A stretch of DNA of 64,000 bases, from the NCBI GenBank assembly GCA_965224245.1, contig OZ245046.1, positions 5,440,001 through 5,504,000 on the forward strand, read 5' to 3'. Position numbers and translations under genes: made by a program. The stretch is from Candidatus Eiseniibacteriota bacterium (GTDB lineage Bacteria; Eisenbacteria; RBG-16-71-46; CAZAMP01). Shown piece by piece: positions 18,024 to 31,104 of this stretch (within the stretch, counting starts at the first letter, position 1; each line of letters begins with the position of its first letter). Below the pieces are notes generated by a model that saw only the letters and a list, made by a program, of their open reading frames with translations, had not been told where the DNA came from and did not search any database.

Positions 18024-21000
18024 ACGGCTCGACCCGCCCGGACGCCGGATCGGGCATCCAGCGCAAGGCGTACTGGCGCAGCCTCGACGAGCTGTCGCGA
18101 TCGCCCGAGTTCGCGACGTACCTCGAGCGCGAGTTCCCCGCCGCCGCCCCGAGCGTGATCACCGACGCCACCCGACGGAGCTTCGTCAAGCTCATGGGGG
18201 CATCGGCCGCGCTGGCCGGGCTGGTCGGCTGCCGCTGGCCGAAGGAGAACATCCTCCCGTACTCGCACCGGCCCGAGGGGCGGACGCCCGGCTCGCCGAT
18301 CATGTTCGCCAGCACGTTCGAGCTCGGCGGCGCCGGGATCGGGGTGCTCGTCAAGAGCTACGACGGACGGCCGATCAAGGTCGAAGGCAACCCGGCGCAT
18401 CCGGGTAGCCTCGGCGGCTCCAACGTGCATGCGCAGGCCAGCGTCCTCGAGCTTTACGACCCCGATCGCAGCCAGTACGTGGCCAAGCGGGACGGCGGCT
18501 CGCGCCGTGCCAGCAACCTCCACGCGTTCGACGAGTTCTTCCGCGCGCACCTCGAGGGGCATCGCCGCGCGCGCGGCAACGGCCTGGCCGTCCTCTCGCA
18601 CGAGACGTCGAGCCCGACGGCCGCGCGGCTCCGGGCCGACTTCGCCGCGCGCTACCCCAACGCCCGATGGGTCACCTACGAGCCGCTCTCGCGCGAGAAC
18701 GAGACCGCCGGATCCGCGCTGGCGTTCGGCTCGCCGATGCGCTCGCGCCTCCACCTGGATCGGGCCGACGTGGTGGTCGCGTTCGACGCGGACGTTCTCG
18801 GGAGGCATCCCAACAACGTGCGGCACCAGCGCGACTGGGCGTCGCGCCGCCGCGCCGTCGACGGCGAGATGAACCGCGTCTACGCGATCGAGGCCGACCT
18901 CACGCGCACCGGAAGCGTGGCCGATCACCGCGTCGCGCTCCGGCCCGCCGCGATCGCCGGCTTCGCCAGGCAGCTGGCCAGGCGTCTGGTGGACGCCGGC
19001 GTGCGCAACGCCGCCCTGGACGAGGCCGCCGGGGGCTGGAGCGCCGGATCCGACGACCCCGTGCTCGCCGCGATCGTGGACGATCTCACGCACGCGCGGG
19101 GCCGATCGATCCTCGTGGCCGGACCCGGCCAGCCGCCCGAGGTGCACGCGCTCTGTCACGCGATCAACGTCGCACTCGGCAACGTCGGCCACACGATCAC
19201 GTACGCCATCGAGCCCGAGGGCGGCGCGTCCATCACCGCCCTGGCCGCGCTCGTGGACGAGATGCGCGGCGGATCGGTGTCGACGCTGGTGATCCTCGGG
19301 GGCAACCCGGTCTACGACGCGCCGGTCGACCTCGGCTTCGCCGATGCCCTGGGCCGGGTGGAGACCGTCGTCCATCTGGGGCTCCACGAGGACGAGAGCG
19401 CCGACGCCTCCAGCTGGCACGTGCCGCTGGCTCACTACCTCGAGTCGTGGGGAGACGCCAGAGCCTGGGACGGCAGCGTCAGCATCGTGCAGCCGCTCAT
19501 CGCGTCCCTCTACGGGGGCCGGACGGTGATCGAGATGATCGCGTTCATGAACGGTGACGAGGTGCCCGACGGCTACGCCCTCGTTCGCGAGACGCACGCG
19601 TCGCTCGTGGCCACCCCCGAGGAGATCGGGTGGCGCCGCGCGCTGCACGACGGCATCGTCCCGAGCTCCGCCGCGCCCGCCGAGCGCCCATCGCTCGATT
19701 CGCGGCTCGGCGGACGGCTCGCCGGGTTCACGCCCCGCTCCGAGGGCGAGATGGACGTCGTGTTTCGTCAGGACGCGTCGATCTACGACGGGCGCTTCGC
19801 GAACGTCGGCTGGCTCCAGGAGGTACCCGATCCGCTGACCACGCTCGCGTGGGACAACGCGGCCCTCATGGGGCTCGCGGACGCCGAGCGGCTGGGTCTC
19901 TCGACGCATGACCGGGTCACGCTGTCCCACGGCGGCCGCTCGGTGACGCTCCCGGTCTACGTCATGCCCGGCATCGCCGCGGGTGTCGTGTCGGTCGCGC
20001 TCGGCTACGGCCGCGCGAAGGCGGGTCGCGTCGGCACCGGCACCGGTGTCGACGTCTACGCGCTCCGGTCGTCGGCCGCGCCGTGGACGGCCACCGGGGC
20101 CGGCATCGCCAGGGCGGACGGAAGCTATCGCCTCTGCGTCACGCAGGATCACTTCGCGATCGACCAGGTGGGCATGGAAGGTCGCGAAGAGCGGATGCAC
20201 GAGCTCTACCGCGAGGCCGATCTCGATCACTACAAGTCGCACCCCGACTTCGCCAAGCACGCGATTCACCATCCGCCGCTGGAGTCGCTCTTCGAGGAGT
20301 GGACCTACGAGGGCAGCAAGTGGGGCATGTCGATCGACCTCACCGCGTGCACGGGCTGCCGCACCTGCACCGTGGCGTGTCAGGCCGAGAACAACATCCC
20401 GATCGTCGGCCGTGAAGAGGTTCAGAAGGGCCGCGAGATGCACTGGATCCGCGTCGACCGCTACTTCGTGGGCGAGGCCGAGAGCCCGCAGGTCGCCCAT
20501 CAGCCGGTCACGTGTCACCACTGCCAGAACGCACCCTGCGAGCAGGTCTGTCCCGTGGCGGCCACCGTGCACGATGACGAGGGCCTCAACGTGATGGTCT
20601 ACAACCGCTGCATCGGCACGCGGTACTGCCTCAACAACTGCCCCTACAAGGTCAGGCGCTTCAACTTCCACAACAACATGAAGTACCTGACCGAGACCGA
20701 CAAGATGGGCAAGAACCCCGAGGTCACCGTCCGCAGCCGCGGCGTCATGGAGAAGTGCTCGTTCTGCGTGCAGCGCATCAAGGCGGTCACCCAAGCGGCC
20801 AAGAACGAGAACCGCGCGTTCGTGGACGGTGAGATCCTGACCGCGTGCCAGCAGGCCTGTCCGACCGAAGCCATCGTGTTCGGGGACCTGTCCGACCCCG
20901 AGAGCCGCGTGTCGAAGGCCCAGGCCCACAACCGATCCTACGCGATGCTGGCCGAGCTCAACGTGAAGCCGCGCCTGCACTACATGGCGAAGCTACGCAA

Positions 21001-21106
21001 CCCGGCAGGCTCGCTCGCGACGCCCCACGACGGCGGCGGGGCGGCTCACGGCGCGGGCTCGCACGCCGCCGGCCAGGACACTCACTCCGAGGAGGCGTCG
21101 CACTGA
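18020..21106 (+). CDS. actB: Alternative complex III molybdopterin-oxidoreductase-like/Fe-S subunit
   Basis: YWRSLDEL, Tat signal TRRSFVK with lipobox [14 protein letters not shown], Fe-S motifs [31 protein letters not shown]...CQQAC; ATGA overlap with actA. Confidence 0.95.
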   Translation: MNGSTRPDAGSGIQRKAYWRSLDELSRSPEFATYLEREFPAAAPSVITDATRRSFVKLMGASAALAGLVGCRWPKENILPYSHRPEGRTPGSPIMFASTFELGGAGIGVLVKSYDGRPIKVEGNPAHPGSLGGSNVHAQASVLELYDPDRSQYVAKRDGGSRRASNLHAFDEFFRAHLEGHRRARGNGLAVLSHETSSPTAARLRADFAARYPNARWVTYEPLSRENETAGSALAFGSPMRSRLHLDRADVVVAFDADVLGRHPNNVRHQRDWASRRRAVDGEMNRVYAIEADLTRTGSVADHRVALRPAAIAGFARQLARRLVDAGVRNAALDEAAGGWSAGSDDPVLAAIVDDLTHARGRSILVAGPGQPPEVHALCHAINVALGNVGHTITYAIEPEGGASITALAALVDEMRGGSVSTLVILGGNPVYDAPVDLGFADALGRVETVVHLGLHEDESADASSWHVPLAHYLESWGDARAWDGSVSIVQPLIASLYGGRTVIEMIAFMNGDEVPDGYALVRETHASLVATPEEIGWRRALHDGIVPSSAAPAERPSLDSRLGGRLAGFTPRSEGEMDVVFRQDASIYDGRFANVGWLQEVPDPLTTLAWDNAALMGLADAERLGLSTHDRVTLSHGGRSVTLPVYVMPGIAAGVVSVALGYGRAKAGRVGTGTGVDVYALRSSAAPWTATGAGIARADGSYRLCVTQDHFAIDQVGMEGREERMHELYREADLDHYKSHPDFAKHAIHHPPLESLFEEWTYEGSKWGMSIDLTACTGCRTCTVACQAENNIPIVGREEVQKGREMHWIRVDRYFVGEAESPQVAHQPVTCHHCQNAPCEQVCPVAATVHDDEGLNVMVYNRCIGTRYCLNNCPYKVRRFNFHNNMKYLTETDKMGKNPEVTVRSRGVMEKCSFCVQRIKAVTQAAKNENRAFVDGEILTACQQACPTEAIVFGDLSDPESRVSKAQAHNRSYAMLAELNVKPRLHYMAKLRNPAGSLATPHDGGGAAHGAGSHAAGQDTHSEEASH

Positions 21107-22491
21107 TGGCCACGACCACGCCCGACGTACACATCGAAGAAGATCCTCGGATCCGCGCACCGCTGGTCGAAGGCGACAACGACTTCGCGTCCGTGACCGA
21201 CAAGGTCTGCCGCGTCGTGGAGAGCCCTCCGGGCCTGGCCTGGTGGGGGCTCTTCGGTATCTCGTTCGCGCTCCTCGGCGTCCTGTTCGCGATGATCGGC
21301 TGGCTGTTCTGGGAGGGCGTCGGCGTCTGGGGCGTCAACAACCCGGTCGGTTGGGGATTCGCGATCATCAACTTCGTGTTCTGGGTCGGCATCGGTCACG
21401 CGGGCACGCTGATCTCGGCCATCCTGTTCCTGTTCCGGCAGAAGTGGCGGACCAGCATCAACCGGTTCGCCGAGGCGATGACCATCTTCGCCGTCATCTG
21501 CGCACTCGTGTTCCCGGGCATCCACGTCGGTCGCGTGTGGGTCGTGTGGTGGATGTTCCCGCTGCCGTACCAGCAGGACATGTGGCCCAACTTCCGCAGC
21601 CCGCTCCTGTGGGACGTCTTTGCCGTGGGCACGTACTTCACGGTGTCGCTGCTGTTCTGGTACGTGGGACTCATCCCCGACCTGGCCACGCTCCGCGACC
21701 GCGCCAAGACCAAGATCCGCTACTTCGCGTACGGGGTGCTCGCCGCCGGGTGGCGCGGCTCCTCACGGCACTGGCACCGCTACGAGGTCGCGTACCTCGT
21801 GCTGGCGGCGCTGGCGACCCCGCTCGTGCTCTCGGTGCACTCGGTGGTCAGCTTCGACTTCGCGACGTCCCAGATTCCGGGGTGGCACACGACGATCTTC
21901 CCGCCGTACTTCGTGGCGGGCGCGATCTTCGGCGGCTTCGCGATGGTCCAGACGCTCATCATCCCGAGCCGGGCCATCTTCAAGCTGACCGACATCATCA
22001 CCACCCAGCACATCGAGGTGATGAACAAGATCATCCTCGCCACCGGCATGATGGTCGGATACGCGTACGCGATGGAGTTCTTCATCGCCTGGTACAGCGG
22101 GAACCCGTACGAGTCGTTCGCGTTCGCGAACCGCGCGATGGGCCCCTACGCGTGGGCGTACTGGATCATGATCGGCTGCAACGTGGTCTCGCCGCAGATC
22201 TTCTGGTTCCGGTGGGCGCGTCGCAGCATGATCGTCTCCATGTGCGTGGCCATGTGCGTCAACGTAGGTATGTGGTTCGAACGCTTCGTCATCGTGATCT
22301 CGTCGCTGAGCCGGGACTTCCTGCCGAGCTCGTGGGCGTACTTCAAGCCCACCTGGGTCGACGCGGCCACTCTCGCGGGCAGCTTCGGGCTCTTCTTCAC
22401 GCTGTTCTTGTTGTTCCTCCGCTTCCTGCCCATGGTGGCGATGGCGGAGGTCAAGGGTGTGATGCGCCAGGCGCATCCGTCGCACGACTAG
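21106..22491 (+). CDS. actC: Alternative complex III quinol-binding membrane subunit (NrfD/PsrC family)
   Basis: [52 protein letters not shown]. Confidence 0.95.
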   Translation: MATTTPDVHIEEDPRIRAPLVEGDNDFASVTDKVCRVVESPPGLAWWGLFGISFALLGVLFAMIGWLFWEGVGVWGVNNPVGWGFAIINFVFWVGIGHAGTLISAILFLFRQKWRTSINRFAEAMTIFAVICALVFPGIHVGRVWVVWWMFPLPYQQDMWPNFRSPLLWDVFAVGTYFTVSLLFWYVGLIPDLATLRDRAKTKIRYFAYGVLAAGWRGSSRHWHRYEVAYLVLAALATPLVLSVHSVVSFDFATSQIPGWHTTIFPPYFVAGAIFGGFAMVQTLIIPSRAIFKLTDIITTQHIEVMNKIILATGMMVGYAYAMEFFIAWYSGNPYESFAFANRAMGPYAWAYWIMIGCNVVSPQIFWFRWARRSMIVSMCVAMCVNVGMWFERFVIVISSLSRDFLPSSWAYFKPTWVDAATLAGSFGLFFTLFLLFLRFLPMVAMAEVKGVMRQAHPSHD

Positions 22492-22517
22492 CACCCACGA
22501 GTTTCGAGGAGGTCGAG

Positions 22518-23087
22518 TTGAGCTCGACGATGCAAGGTCGGACCAACGGCGCACAGAGCCGCCCCTACGGCTACCTGATGGAGTTCGCCGAGGTCGGTCC
22601 CTTCCTGAGCGCGACCCGCATGGTGCGCGACGCCGGGTTCAAGCACTGGGACACGTTCTCGCCGTTCCCGGTCCATCACATCGAGGACGCCATGGGCATG
22701 CGCCGCACGGTTCTGCCCTTCCTGATCCTCGGGGGCGGCATCACCGGGGCGGCGCTGGGCCTGGTCATGCAGTGGTGGATGAACGCGGTGGACTATCCGC
22801 TCAACATCAGCGGGAAACCCCTGTGGAGTGTCCCCGCGAACATTCCGATCGTGTTCGAGCTCACGGTGCTCCTGGCCGCCTTCGGCGCCGTGTTCGGGAT
22901 GCTGGGAATGAACAAGCTCCCCGAGCTGCACCACCCGCTGTTCGGCTCCGAGCGGTTCAAGCGCGTGACCACCGACCGGTTCTTCATCGCCATCGAGGCG
23001 CGCGACCCGAAGTTCGACGTGGACCGTACGCGCTCGTTCGTGGAATCGCTGGGCGCGACCAGCATCGAGCTGGTGGAGGACGAGTAG
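22518..23087 (+). CDS. actD: Alternative complex III subunit D (DUF3341)
   Basis: DTFSPFPVH, YPLNISGKP, FELTVL, TDRFFIAI; TTG start after GAGGAGG (ATG 22530 alternative). Confidence 0.92.
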   Translation: MSSTMQGRTNGAQSRPYGYLMEFAEVGPFLSATRMVRDAGFKHWDTFSPFPVHHIEDAMGMRRTVLPFLILGGGITGAALGLVMQWWMNAVDYPLNISGKPLWSVPANIPIVFELTVLLAAFGAVFGMLGMNKLPELHHPLFGSERFKRVTTDRFFIAIEARDPKFDVDRTRSFVESLGATSIELVEDE

Positions 23088-23777
23088 ATGACCGCATGGC
23101 TCCTCAGGCGCGCCCCGTGGCTGGACTTCTCGGATCTGCCGAAGTTCGTCGTCCCCAGCGTGGTCGTGCTGGCGGTGGTGGCGTTGCTGCCCATCGCTCT
23201 GATCGCGAAGGCGCGCACGTCGAAGCGGGCGGCGCCGCGGGTCGAGATCATCCAGAACATGGACAATCAGCCCCGGTTCAAGGCCCAGCAGGCCAATCGC
23301 ATCTTCCGCGACGGACGGGCCATGCGGCCCCCTCTGTACGGCACCGTCGCCGTCGGTGAGCTCCAGGAGGACAGCCATCTCCATCGGGGCACCGTGGACG
23401 GCAACTGGGCCGGCGAGCCGCCGATGCCGATCACGCAGCGGCTGATGCAGCGCGGGCAGGAGCGCTACGACATCCATTGCTCGCCCTGTCACGGGCTCGG
23501 TGGAGAGGGCAACGGCATCGTCGCGCTGCGCGCGGATGCGCTACAGCAGGGAACCTGGGTGCCGCCGTCCTCGTTCCACAGCGCCGCTCTGCGTGACAGC
23601 GCGGACGGATACTTCTTCAACGTGATCACGAACGGCGTTCGCAACATGCCCGCCTACGGATCCCAGGTGAACGTCGAGGATCGCTGGGCGATCGTCGCGT
23701 ACGTTCGAGCACTGCAACAGGCACGGAACGTGGACGCATCCAGTCTGCCGGCGGACGTGCGCTCCAAGCTGCGATGA
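23088..23777 (+). CDS. actE: Alternative complex III monoheme cytochrome c subunit
   Basis: MDNQPRFKAQ, CSPCH, NMPAYG, DRWAIVAYVRALQ. Confidence 0.92.
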   Translation: MTAWLLRRAPWLDFSDLPKFVVPSVVVLAVVALLPIALIAKARTSKRAAPRVEIIQNMDNQPRFKAQQANRIFRDGRAMRPPLYGTVAVGELQEDSHLHRGTVDGNWAGEPPMPITQRLMQRGQERYDIHCSPCHGLGGEGNGIVALRADALQQGTWVPPSSFHSAALRDSADGYFFNVITNGVRNMPAYGSQVNVEDRWAIVAYVRALQQARNVDASSLPADVRSKLR

Positions 23778-23789
23778 GCGAGGCGTAGG

Positions 23790-25013
23790 ATGAAACGAAT
23801 CGTCGACCTGTCCACTCAGGACATCTACGCGGGCGCCGGCGCCGCGCGCATCGGCGTGGTGTCGCTCGTCGTCGGGCTGGCGGCGCTGGCCGCGAGCTTC
23901 TACTTCGGCTTTGCCGGCGGCGTGGGACAGCAGCGGTTCTACTTCAGCTACCTGCACGCGTTCTGCTTCTTCATGAGCCTGGCGCTGGGCGGTCTCTGGT
24001 TCACGTTCATCCAGCACCTCGTGAGCGCCGGCTGGAGCGTGGTGGTCCGTCGCTTCGCCGAGATCCTGATGATCAACGTCGTCCCCATGGCCGTGCTGGC
24101 CATCCCGCTCATCCTGGGGCGCGAGCAGGTCTGGACCTGGCTGAACCCCGACGTCGCGGCCCAGGATGCGCTCGTGGCCAAGAAGGCCGGCTACCTCAAC
24201 CAGTCGTTCTTCCTGACTCGCCTGGGGGTCTACTTCGCGCTCTGGATCCTCCTGGGGATCTTCTTCTACCGGGGATCGGTGTCGCAGGATGCCAACGGCG
24301 ACTTCCGGACGTCGATGCGAATGAAGCGGGTGGCGGCGCCCACCGCGGTGCTGTTCGCGCTGTCGATCTCGTTCTTCGCGTTCGACGTGCTGATGTCCCT
24401 GGATCCGCACTGGTTCAGCACGATCTTCGGCGTGTACTACTTCGCCGGCTCGGTGGTGACCACGTTCGCGGCACTGGTGATCATCTGTCATCTGGCGCAG
24501 CGCGCGGGGAAGGTGCGCGACGTCATCTCGCGCGATCACTACCACGACCTCGGCAAGCTGACGTTCGCGTTCACAGTGTTCTGGGCGTACATCGCCTTCT
24601 CGCAGTTCATGCTGATCTGGTACGCGAACATCCCGGAAGAGACGTCGTGGTACCTCCGGCGCATCGTCGGCGAGTGGCGCGACGTGAGCTGGTTTCTGCT
24701 CTGGGGCCACTTCGTGGTGCCGTTCGTGGCCCTGATCTCGCGTTATCCGAAGAGACGCCCGGCGCTGCTCGTCTTCCCGGCGATCTGGGTGCTCTTCGTG
24801 CACTGGATCGACGTCTACTGGCTGATCATGCCCGAGCTGCCGGGCGCCGCGGAGGGCGTGATTCCCTGGTCGATCACCGACCTCACGTGCTGGCTGGGCG
24901 TGGGCGGCGTGTTCGTGGCGGCGGCGATGTTCCGCGCGCGGAGCGCGGCGCTCATCCCGAAGGAAGATCCTCGACTGAACGAATCCCTGGCCTTCGAGAA
25001 CGTCGGTGGCTAG
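23790..25013 (+). CDS. actF: Alternative complex III membrane subunit F
   Basis: AGWSVVVRR, MSLDPHWFSTIFG, HDLGKL, WYANIPEE; ~10 TM. Confidence 0.93.
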   Translation: MKRIVDLSTQDIYAGAGAARIGVVSLVVGLAALAASFYFGFAGGVGQQRFYFSYLHAFCFFMSLALGGLWFTFIQHLVSAGWSVVVRRFAEILMINVVPMAVLAIPLILGREQVWTWLNPDVAAQDALVAKKAGYLNQSFFLTRLGVYFALWILLGIFFYRGSVSQDANGDFRTSMRMKRVAAPTAVLFALSISFFAFDVLMSLDPHWFSTIFGVYYFAGSVVTTFAALVIICHLAQRAGKVRDVISRDHYHDLGKLTFAFTVFWAYIAFSQFMLIWYANIPEETSWYLRRIVGEWRDVSWFLLWGHFVVPFVALISRYPKRRPALLVFPAIWVLFVHWIDVYWLIMPELPGAAEGVIPWSITDLTCWLGVGGVFVAAAMFRARSAALIPKEDPRLNESLAFENVGG

Positions 25014-25031
25014 GGCGACGGAGCAACGGTC

Positions 25032-25400
25032 ATGAGTGACGAACGCACGCACGACGGCGAGCACGAACACGGTCACGGTCACGGGGATCCGTTCAGCGAT
25101 CAGTACCTGGTCGACGACGGAGACCCCAGCTCGCGGTCCACGCTGTACGTGGGCGTGGTGGGCGGCGTCCTCCTGGTCGTGATCATCCTGTGGGTGACCA
25201 CGGTGTTCAACAACGTCCTGGAAGAAGAGCGGTTCCGCAAGCAGGTCGAGCCGCTTCCGGCGGATCGGGAGCGCATTCTGGCGCAGCAGGAGACCGAGCT
25301 GAACAGCTACGGCTGGGTGGACGACTCTCTCGGCGTGGCACATGTCCCGATCGACCGCGCGATGGAGATGGTCGTCGCGGAGCGCGCCAGGAACAACTAG
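25032..25400 (+). CDS. Small single-TM protein of ACIII/oxidase clusters (possible ActG-like accessory subunit)
   Basis: His-rich N-terminus, one TM, C-terminal LNSYGWVD...HVPIDRAM; between actF and sco. Confidence 0.65.
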   Translation: MSDERTHDGEHEHGHGHGDPFSDQYLVDDGDPSSRSTLYVGVVGGVLLVVIILWVTTVFNNVLEEERFRKQVEPLPADRERILAQQETELNSYGWVDDSLGVAHVPIDRAMEMVVAERARNN

Positions 25401-25474
25401 AGGCGACGTCCGGCGCACACCGAAGCGCCCCGACGCCGCGACGCGCCACCGCGCGTGATGGGTAGGTTACGGAC

Positions 25475-26377
25475 ATGGCGAACTCGAAGCGCCACCTCGC
25501 ACACCACGCCGGCACGGCCCGCGCTCTCCGCGGCGCCGTGGCCGCGCTCGCGCTCACCGGCCTCCTGGCGGGCCCCGGCCCGGCGCAACGCGCCGAGCCG
25601 CTCCCCGACGACCTGGAGGGCGTGGACATCATCGAGAAGCTCGGGGCCACGATCCCGCTGGACGTGCCGTTCGTCGACAGCTCGGGCAAGAAGGTCAAGC
25701 TGGGTGATTACTTCGGCGGCGATCGTCCGGTCCTCCTGACGATGAACTACTCGAGCTGCCCGATGCTCTGCTCGCTCCACCTGAACGGTCTCGTCGACGC
25801 GCTGACCGAGCTCGAGTGGACGGCCGGCGGCGAGTTCCGGATGGTCACGATCAGCATCGACCCCACCGAGTCGACCACGCTGGCCCGCAAGACGAAGCAG
25901 CGCTACCTCCAGGACTACGGCCGGCCCGGGGCGGGCGGCGGCTGGGAGTTCCTGACCGGAACCAAGGACGCCATCGACACGATCGCCAACGCGATCGGCT
26001 TCCAGTACCGCTATCTGCCGGACGAGGACCAGTATGCGCACGCGGCGGCCACGTTCATCGTGACCCCCGAGGGGGTCCTGTCCCGCAACCTCTACGGCGT
26101 CGTCTACGACCCGCAGACCATCCGGCTCTCCCTGGTGGAGGCGTCCGAGCATCGCATCGGGAGCGCGCTCGACAAGATCCTCCTCTACTGCTTCCACTAC
26201 GACGAGACCAAGGGCAAGTACGGACCGGCGGCCTTCAACCTGATGCGGGCCGGCGGTGTTCTGACTCTGATCGTCTTCGGCATCACGCTCACCAGCTACT
26301 GGCGCCGGGACGTCCGTCGCAAGCGCGAGCTCGAGGCTCGACACCCGCACGCAATCAAGGACGGGCTACGGACATGA
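25475..26377 (+). CDS. SCO1/SenC copper chaperone
   Basis: CxxxC (CPMLC), downstream His (YAHAA), signal peptide and C-terminal TM. Confidence 0.9.
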   Translation: MANSKRHLAHHAGTARALRGAVAALALTGLLAGPGPAQRAEPLPDDLEGVDIIEKLGATIPLDVPFVDSSGKKVKLGDYFGGDRPVLLTMNYSSCPMLCSLHLNGLVDALTELEWTAGGEFRMVTISIDPTESTTLARKTKQRYLQDYGRPGAGGGWEFLTGTKDAIDTIANAIGFQYRYLPDEDQYAHAAATFIVTPEGVLSRNLYGVVYDPQTIRLSLVEASEHRIGSALDKILLYCFHYDETKGKYGPAAFNLMRAGGVLTLIVFGITLTSYWRRDVRRKRELEARHPHAIKDGLRT

Positions 26378-27369
26378 ACGCGCTCATCATGAGCATCGGC
26401 GGGCTCGCGGGAGCCGTCGCCAGGAAGGCGGGCTCCGACGCCACGTTCTGGATGCCCGAGCAGGCCTCCAGCGTCGCCCCCACGGTCGACTACGTCTTCT
26501 ACGTCGTCTACTGGCTCTCGGTCGTCTTCTTCGTCGGGATCGTGGCCGCGATGCTCCTGTTCGCGTTCCGCTACCGGCGCCGGCACGTGGATCAGCGGGC
26601 GCAGTCGCAGGTCTCTCACAACAACGTGATCGAGACCCTGTGGACGGTGATTCCGCTGGGTCTGGTGGTCTGGATCTTCTGGATCGGCTTCACCGGCTTC
26701 CTGGATCTGCGCACGCCGCCGGCGAACAGCTACCAGATCGCGGTGACCGCGCAGAAGTGGTCCTGGTCGTTCACGTATCCCAACGGCTACGTCACCGACA
26801 AGCTCCACGTGCCGGTGGATCGACCGGTCGAGCTGACCATGACCTCCGAGGACGTGATCCACAGCTTCTTCGTCCCGGCGTTCCGGGTGAAGATGGACGT
26901 CGTGCCCGGCAAGTACACCAAGGCTTGGTTCCAGGCCACGGGCCCCGGCGAGTACCCGCTCTTCTGCACCGAGTACTGCGGCACCCAGCACTCCCAGATG
27001 CTGTCGAACGTCATCGTGCACGAGCCGGGCGGCTTCGAGCCGTGGCTGGCCGAGGCGTCCGAGTGGATCGACAAGATGCCGCCCGCCGAGGCCGGACAGC
27101 GGGTCTACCAGGTGCGCGGGTGCACGCAGTGCCATACGGTCGACGGGGTGAACGGCATCGGTCCCACGTTCAAGGGTATCTTCGGACGTGAAGAGCAGTT
27201 CGCCGACGGCTCGAGGGGGGTCGTCGACGAGAACTACATCCGAGAGTCCATTCTGTATCCGCAAGCGAAGATCGTTGCGGGGTACGAGCCGGTCATGCCG
27301 ACCTACCAGGGTCGACTCAAGGACAACGAAATCACGGTGCTCATCGAGTACCTCAAGACCCTGAAGTAG
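26374..27369 (+). CDS. coxB: Cytochrome c oxidase subunit II with fused cytochrome c (caa3 type)
   Basis: DVIHSF, CuA motif [13 protein letters not shown]-terminal CTQCH; ATGA overlap with sco. Confidence 0.95.
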   Translation: MNALIMSIGGLAGAVARKAGSDATFWMPEQASSVAPTVDYVFYVVYWLSVVFFVGIVAAMLLFAFRYRRRHVDQRAQSQVSHNNVIETLWTVIPLGLVVWIFWIGFTGFLDLRTPPANSYQIAVTAQKWSWSFTYPNGYVTDKLHVPVDRPVELTMTSEDVIHSFFVPAFRVKMDVVPGKYTKAWFQATGPGEYPLFCTEYCGTQHSQMLSNVIVHEPGGFEPWLAEASEWIDKMPPAEAGQRVYQVRGCTQCHTVDGVNGIGPTFKGIFGREEQFADGSRGVVDENYIRESILYPQAKIVAGYEPVMPTYQGRLKDNEITVLIEYLKTLK

Positions 27370-27382
27370 GAGGGGAGGCGGT

Positions 27383-29043
<1,661 letters not shown>

Positions 29044-29044
<1 letters not shown>

Positions 29045-30045
29045 TGGCTCAGACGTCCGTGCAGCGTCCCGACTATCTCGGCCATCACTACGACAGCGTC
29101 GAGCAGCAGTTCCAGTCCGGGAAGCTCGGCATGTGGCTGTTCCTGGCCACCGAGATCCTGCTCTTCGCGGGGCTGTTCTGCGCGTACGCGGTCTACCGGC
29201 GCAACCACCCGGAGATCTTCCTGTACGCGCATCACTTCCTGGACACGACGCTCGGCGGCGTCAACACCATCGTGCTCATCTTCTCCAGCGTGACCATGGC
29301 CATCGGCGTCCGGTGCGCGCAGAAGGGTCAGCGCGGCATGCTGGTGCTGATGCTGTCGATCACGTTCCTGTGCGCGTGCACGTTCCTCGGGATCAAGTAC
29401 GTCGAGTACTCCCACAAGTGGAAGCATGGGCTCCTCTGGGGCACGCTCTACGAGGAGCAGGTGGGGCACGGGGCCGAGCACGGCGAGGGCGCGGAGGCCG
29501 GCGCCGGGCACGGCGCCGACGCGACGCACGGCGCGGAGACGACGGGGCTGGCCGACGTCACCGGAACCGAAGCCCTCGGCCACGACGCCGCGATGACGGC
29601 GGCCGACGACACGCACGCGACCGGTGAGGTCGACCTGCACGCCGGTGAGGCCGCGCCCGTCGAGATCGTGGACGCGAAGGTCGCGATGGAGATGGCCAGG
29701 GCCGCCAACGGCGATCACACGGGGACGGAGGTTCCGGCGGCGGGCTCTCTGGTCCCGCGCGCGGCGACGGCCCCGGCCGGTCTGGCCTCGGGGGCGGTGG
29801 CCGACCCGGCCGCGACCCCGCCGCCGAACGTGCACATCTTCTTCGGGATCTACTTCGTGATGACGGGCCTTCACGGGCTCCACGTGGTCATCGGGATGAT
29901 CGTGATCGGATGGCTGATCGTCCGCTCGCTGAAGGGGCACTTCGGCCCCGACTACTTCACACCGGTGGATCTCGGGGGCCTGTACTGGCACATCGTCGAC
30001 CTGATCTGGATCTATCTCTTCCCGCTGCTGTATCTCATCCACTGA
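29044..30045 (+). CDS. coxC: Cytochrome c oxidase subunit III with long low-complexity insert
   Basis: GMWLFLATE, NTIVLIFSS, MTGLHGLHV, LYWHIVDLIW. Confidence 0.92.
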
Positions 30046-30097
30046 TGACGACGGCGGCACGCACGGCGGCGCACGGGCCGTCGAGGGGTTAGCGGCA

Positions 30098-30445
30098 ATG
30101 TCACACGGCTCGAACGGCGCTCACGTCGGCCACATCGTTCCGCTCCGGCTTCTGGTGGCGGTGGGGGTCACGCTGGCGATCCTGACCGTCATCACCGTCA
30201 CCGTGACGAACTGGGACTTCGGCTACAACGCGAACCTGGCGGTCGCCATGACGATCGCTACGATCAAGGGCGCGCTGGTGGTGCTCTACTTCATGCACCT
30301 TCGCTGGGATCGACCGTTCAACGCGATCATCTTCGTGTCGGCGCTCGCGTTTCTGTCCCTGTTCCTCGGTCTGGCGATGCTCGACACCGGCGAGTACAAG
30401 CACGAGATCATTCCCGGACCGGCGCCGGCCGTCCAGCAGCAGTGA
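30098..30445 (+). CDS. coxD: Cytochrome c oxidase subunit IV (prokaryotic COX4)
   Basis: IKGALVVLYFMHLRWD, three TM. Confidence 0.88.
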   Translation: MSHGSNGAHVGHIVPLRLLVAVGVTLAILTVITVTVTNWDFGYNANLAVAMTIATIKGALVVLYFMHLRWDRPFNAIIFVSALAFLSLFLGLAMLDTGEYKHEIIPGPAPAVQQQ

Positions 30446-31077
30446 CCGGCCGGGACCCCGAGTCCCCGCCGGTCTCTCCGTCCGACTGGGACTCGTTCCT
30501 GTGGGGCATGTTCCGGCGACGTGAGGACTCCGAGCGGAGCACGGGCACGCTCGGCATGTCGGTCTTCCTGACGTCCCTGACCGTTCTCTTCATCGCCAGC
30601 ATCGTCGGCTACCTCGTCGTCCGGACGCGGGCCGACCAGTGGGGTCCCGCCGGGGGCAGCCATTACCCGGGTACGCTCTGGATCTCCACGCTGATCATCC
30701 TCGGCGCCAGCGTCACGATGCAGATCGCCCTGGCCGCGGCCCGCTTCGACGCGCCAGAGCGCCTCCGGAAGATGCTGACGACCACCCTGGTGCTCGGCCT
30801 CGTGTTCCTCCTCATGCAGCTCGCGAACTGGCTCCAGCTCTGGCAGAGCGGCACCACGGCCAGGACGGGGCTCTACGGGTTCACGTTCTACATGTTCACG
30901 GTGCTGCATGCGCTCCACGTGATCGGGGGACTGATCCCGCTCGGCATCGTCACCCGAAAGGCCCATGCGGGAGCCTACTCGGGCCGGAGCCACGCCGGCG
31001 TGCAGTACGTCACGATGTACTGGCACTTCCTGGACGCGGTGTGGATCGTGCTGTTCGTGATCATCCTGATCGGCTGA
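30442..31077 (+). CDS. Second heme-copper oxidase subunit III paralog
   Basis: LGMSVFLTS, LHALHVIGG, MYWHFLDAVW; GTGA overlap. Confidence 0.88.
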   Translation: MTGRDPESPPVSPSDWDSFLWGMFRRREDSERSTGTLGMSVFLTSLTVLFIASIVGYLVVRTRADQWGPAGGSHYPGTLWISTLIILGASVTMQIALAAARFDAPERLRKMLTTTLVLGLVFLLMQLANWLQLWQSGTTARTGLYGFTFYMFTVLHALHVIGGLIPLGIVTRKAHAGAYSGRSHAGVQYVTMYWHFLDAVWIVLFVIILIG

Positions 31078-31104
31078 GGGGCACACGAGCCGCCGATCAC
31101 CGGA

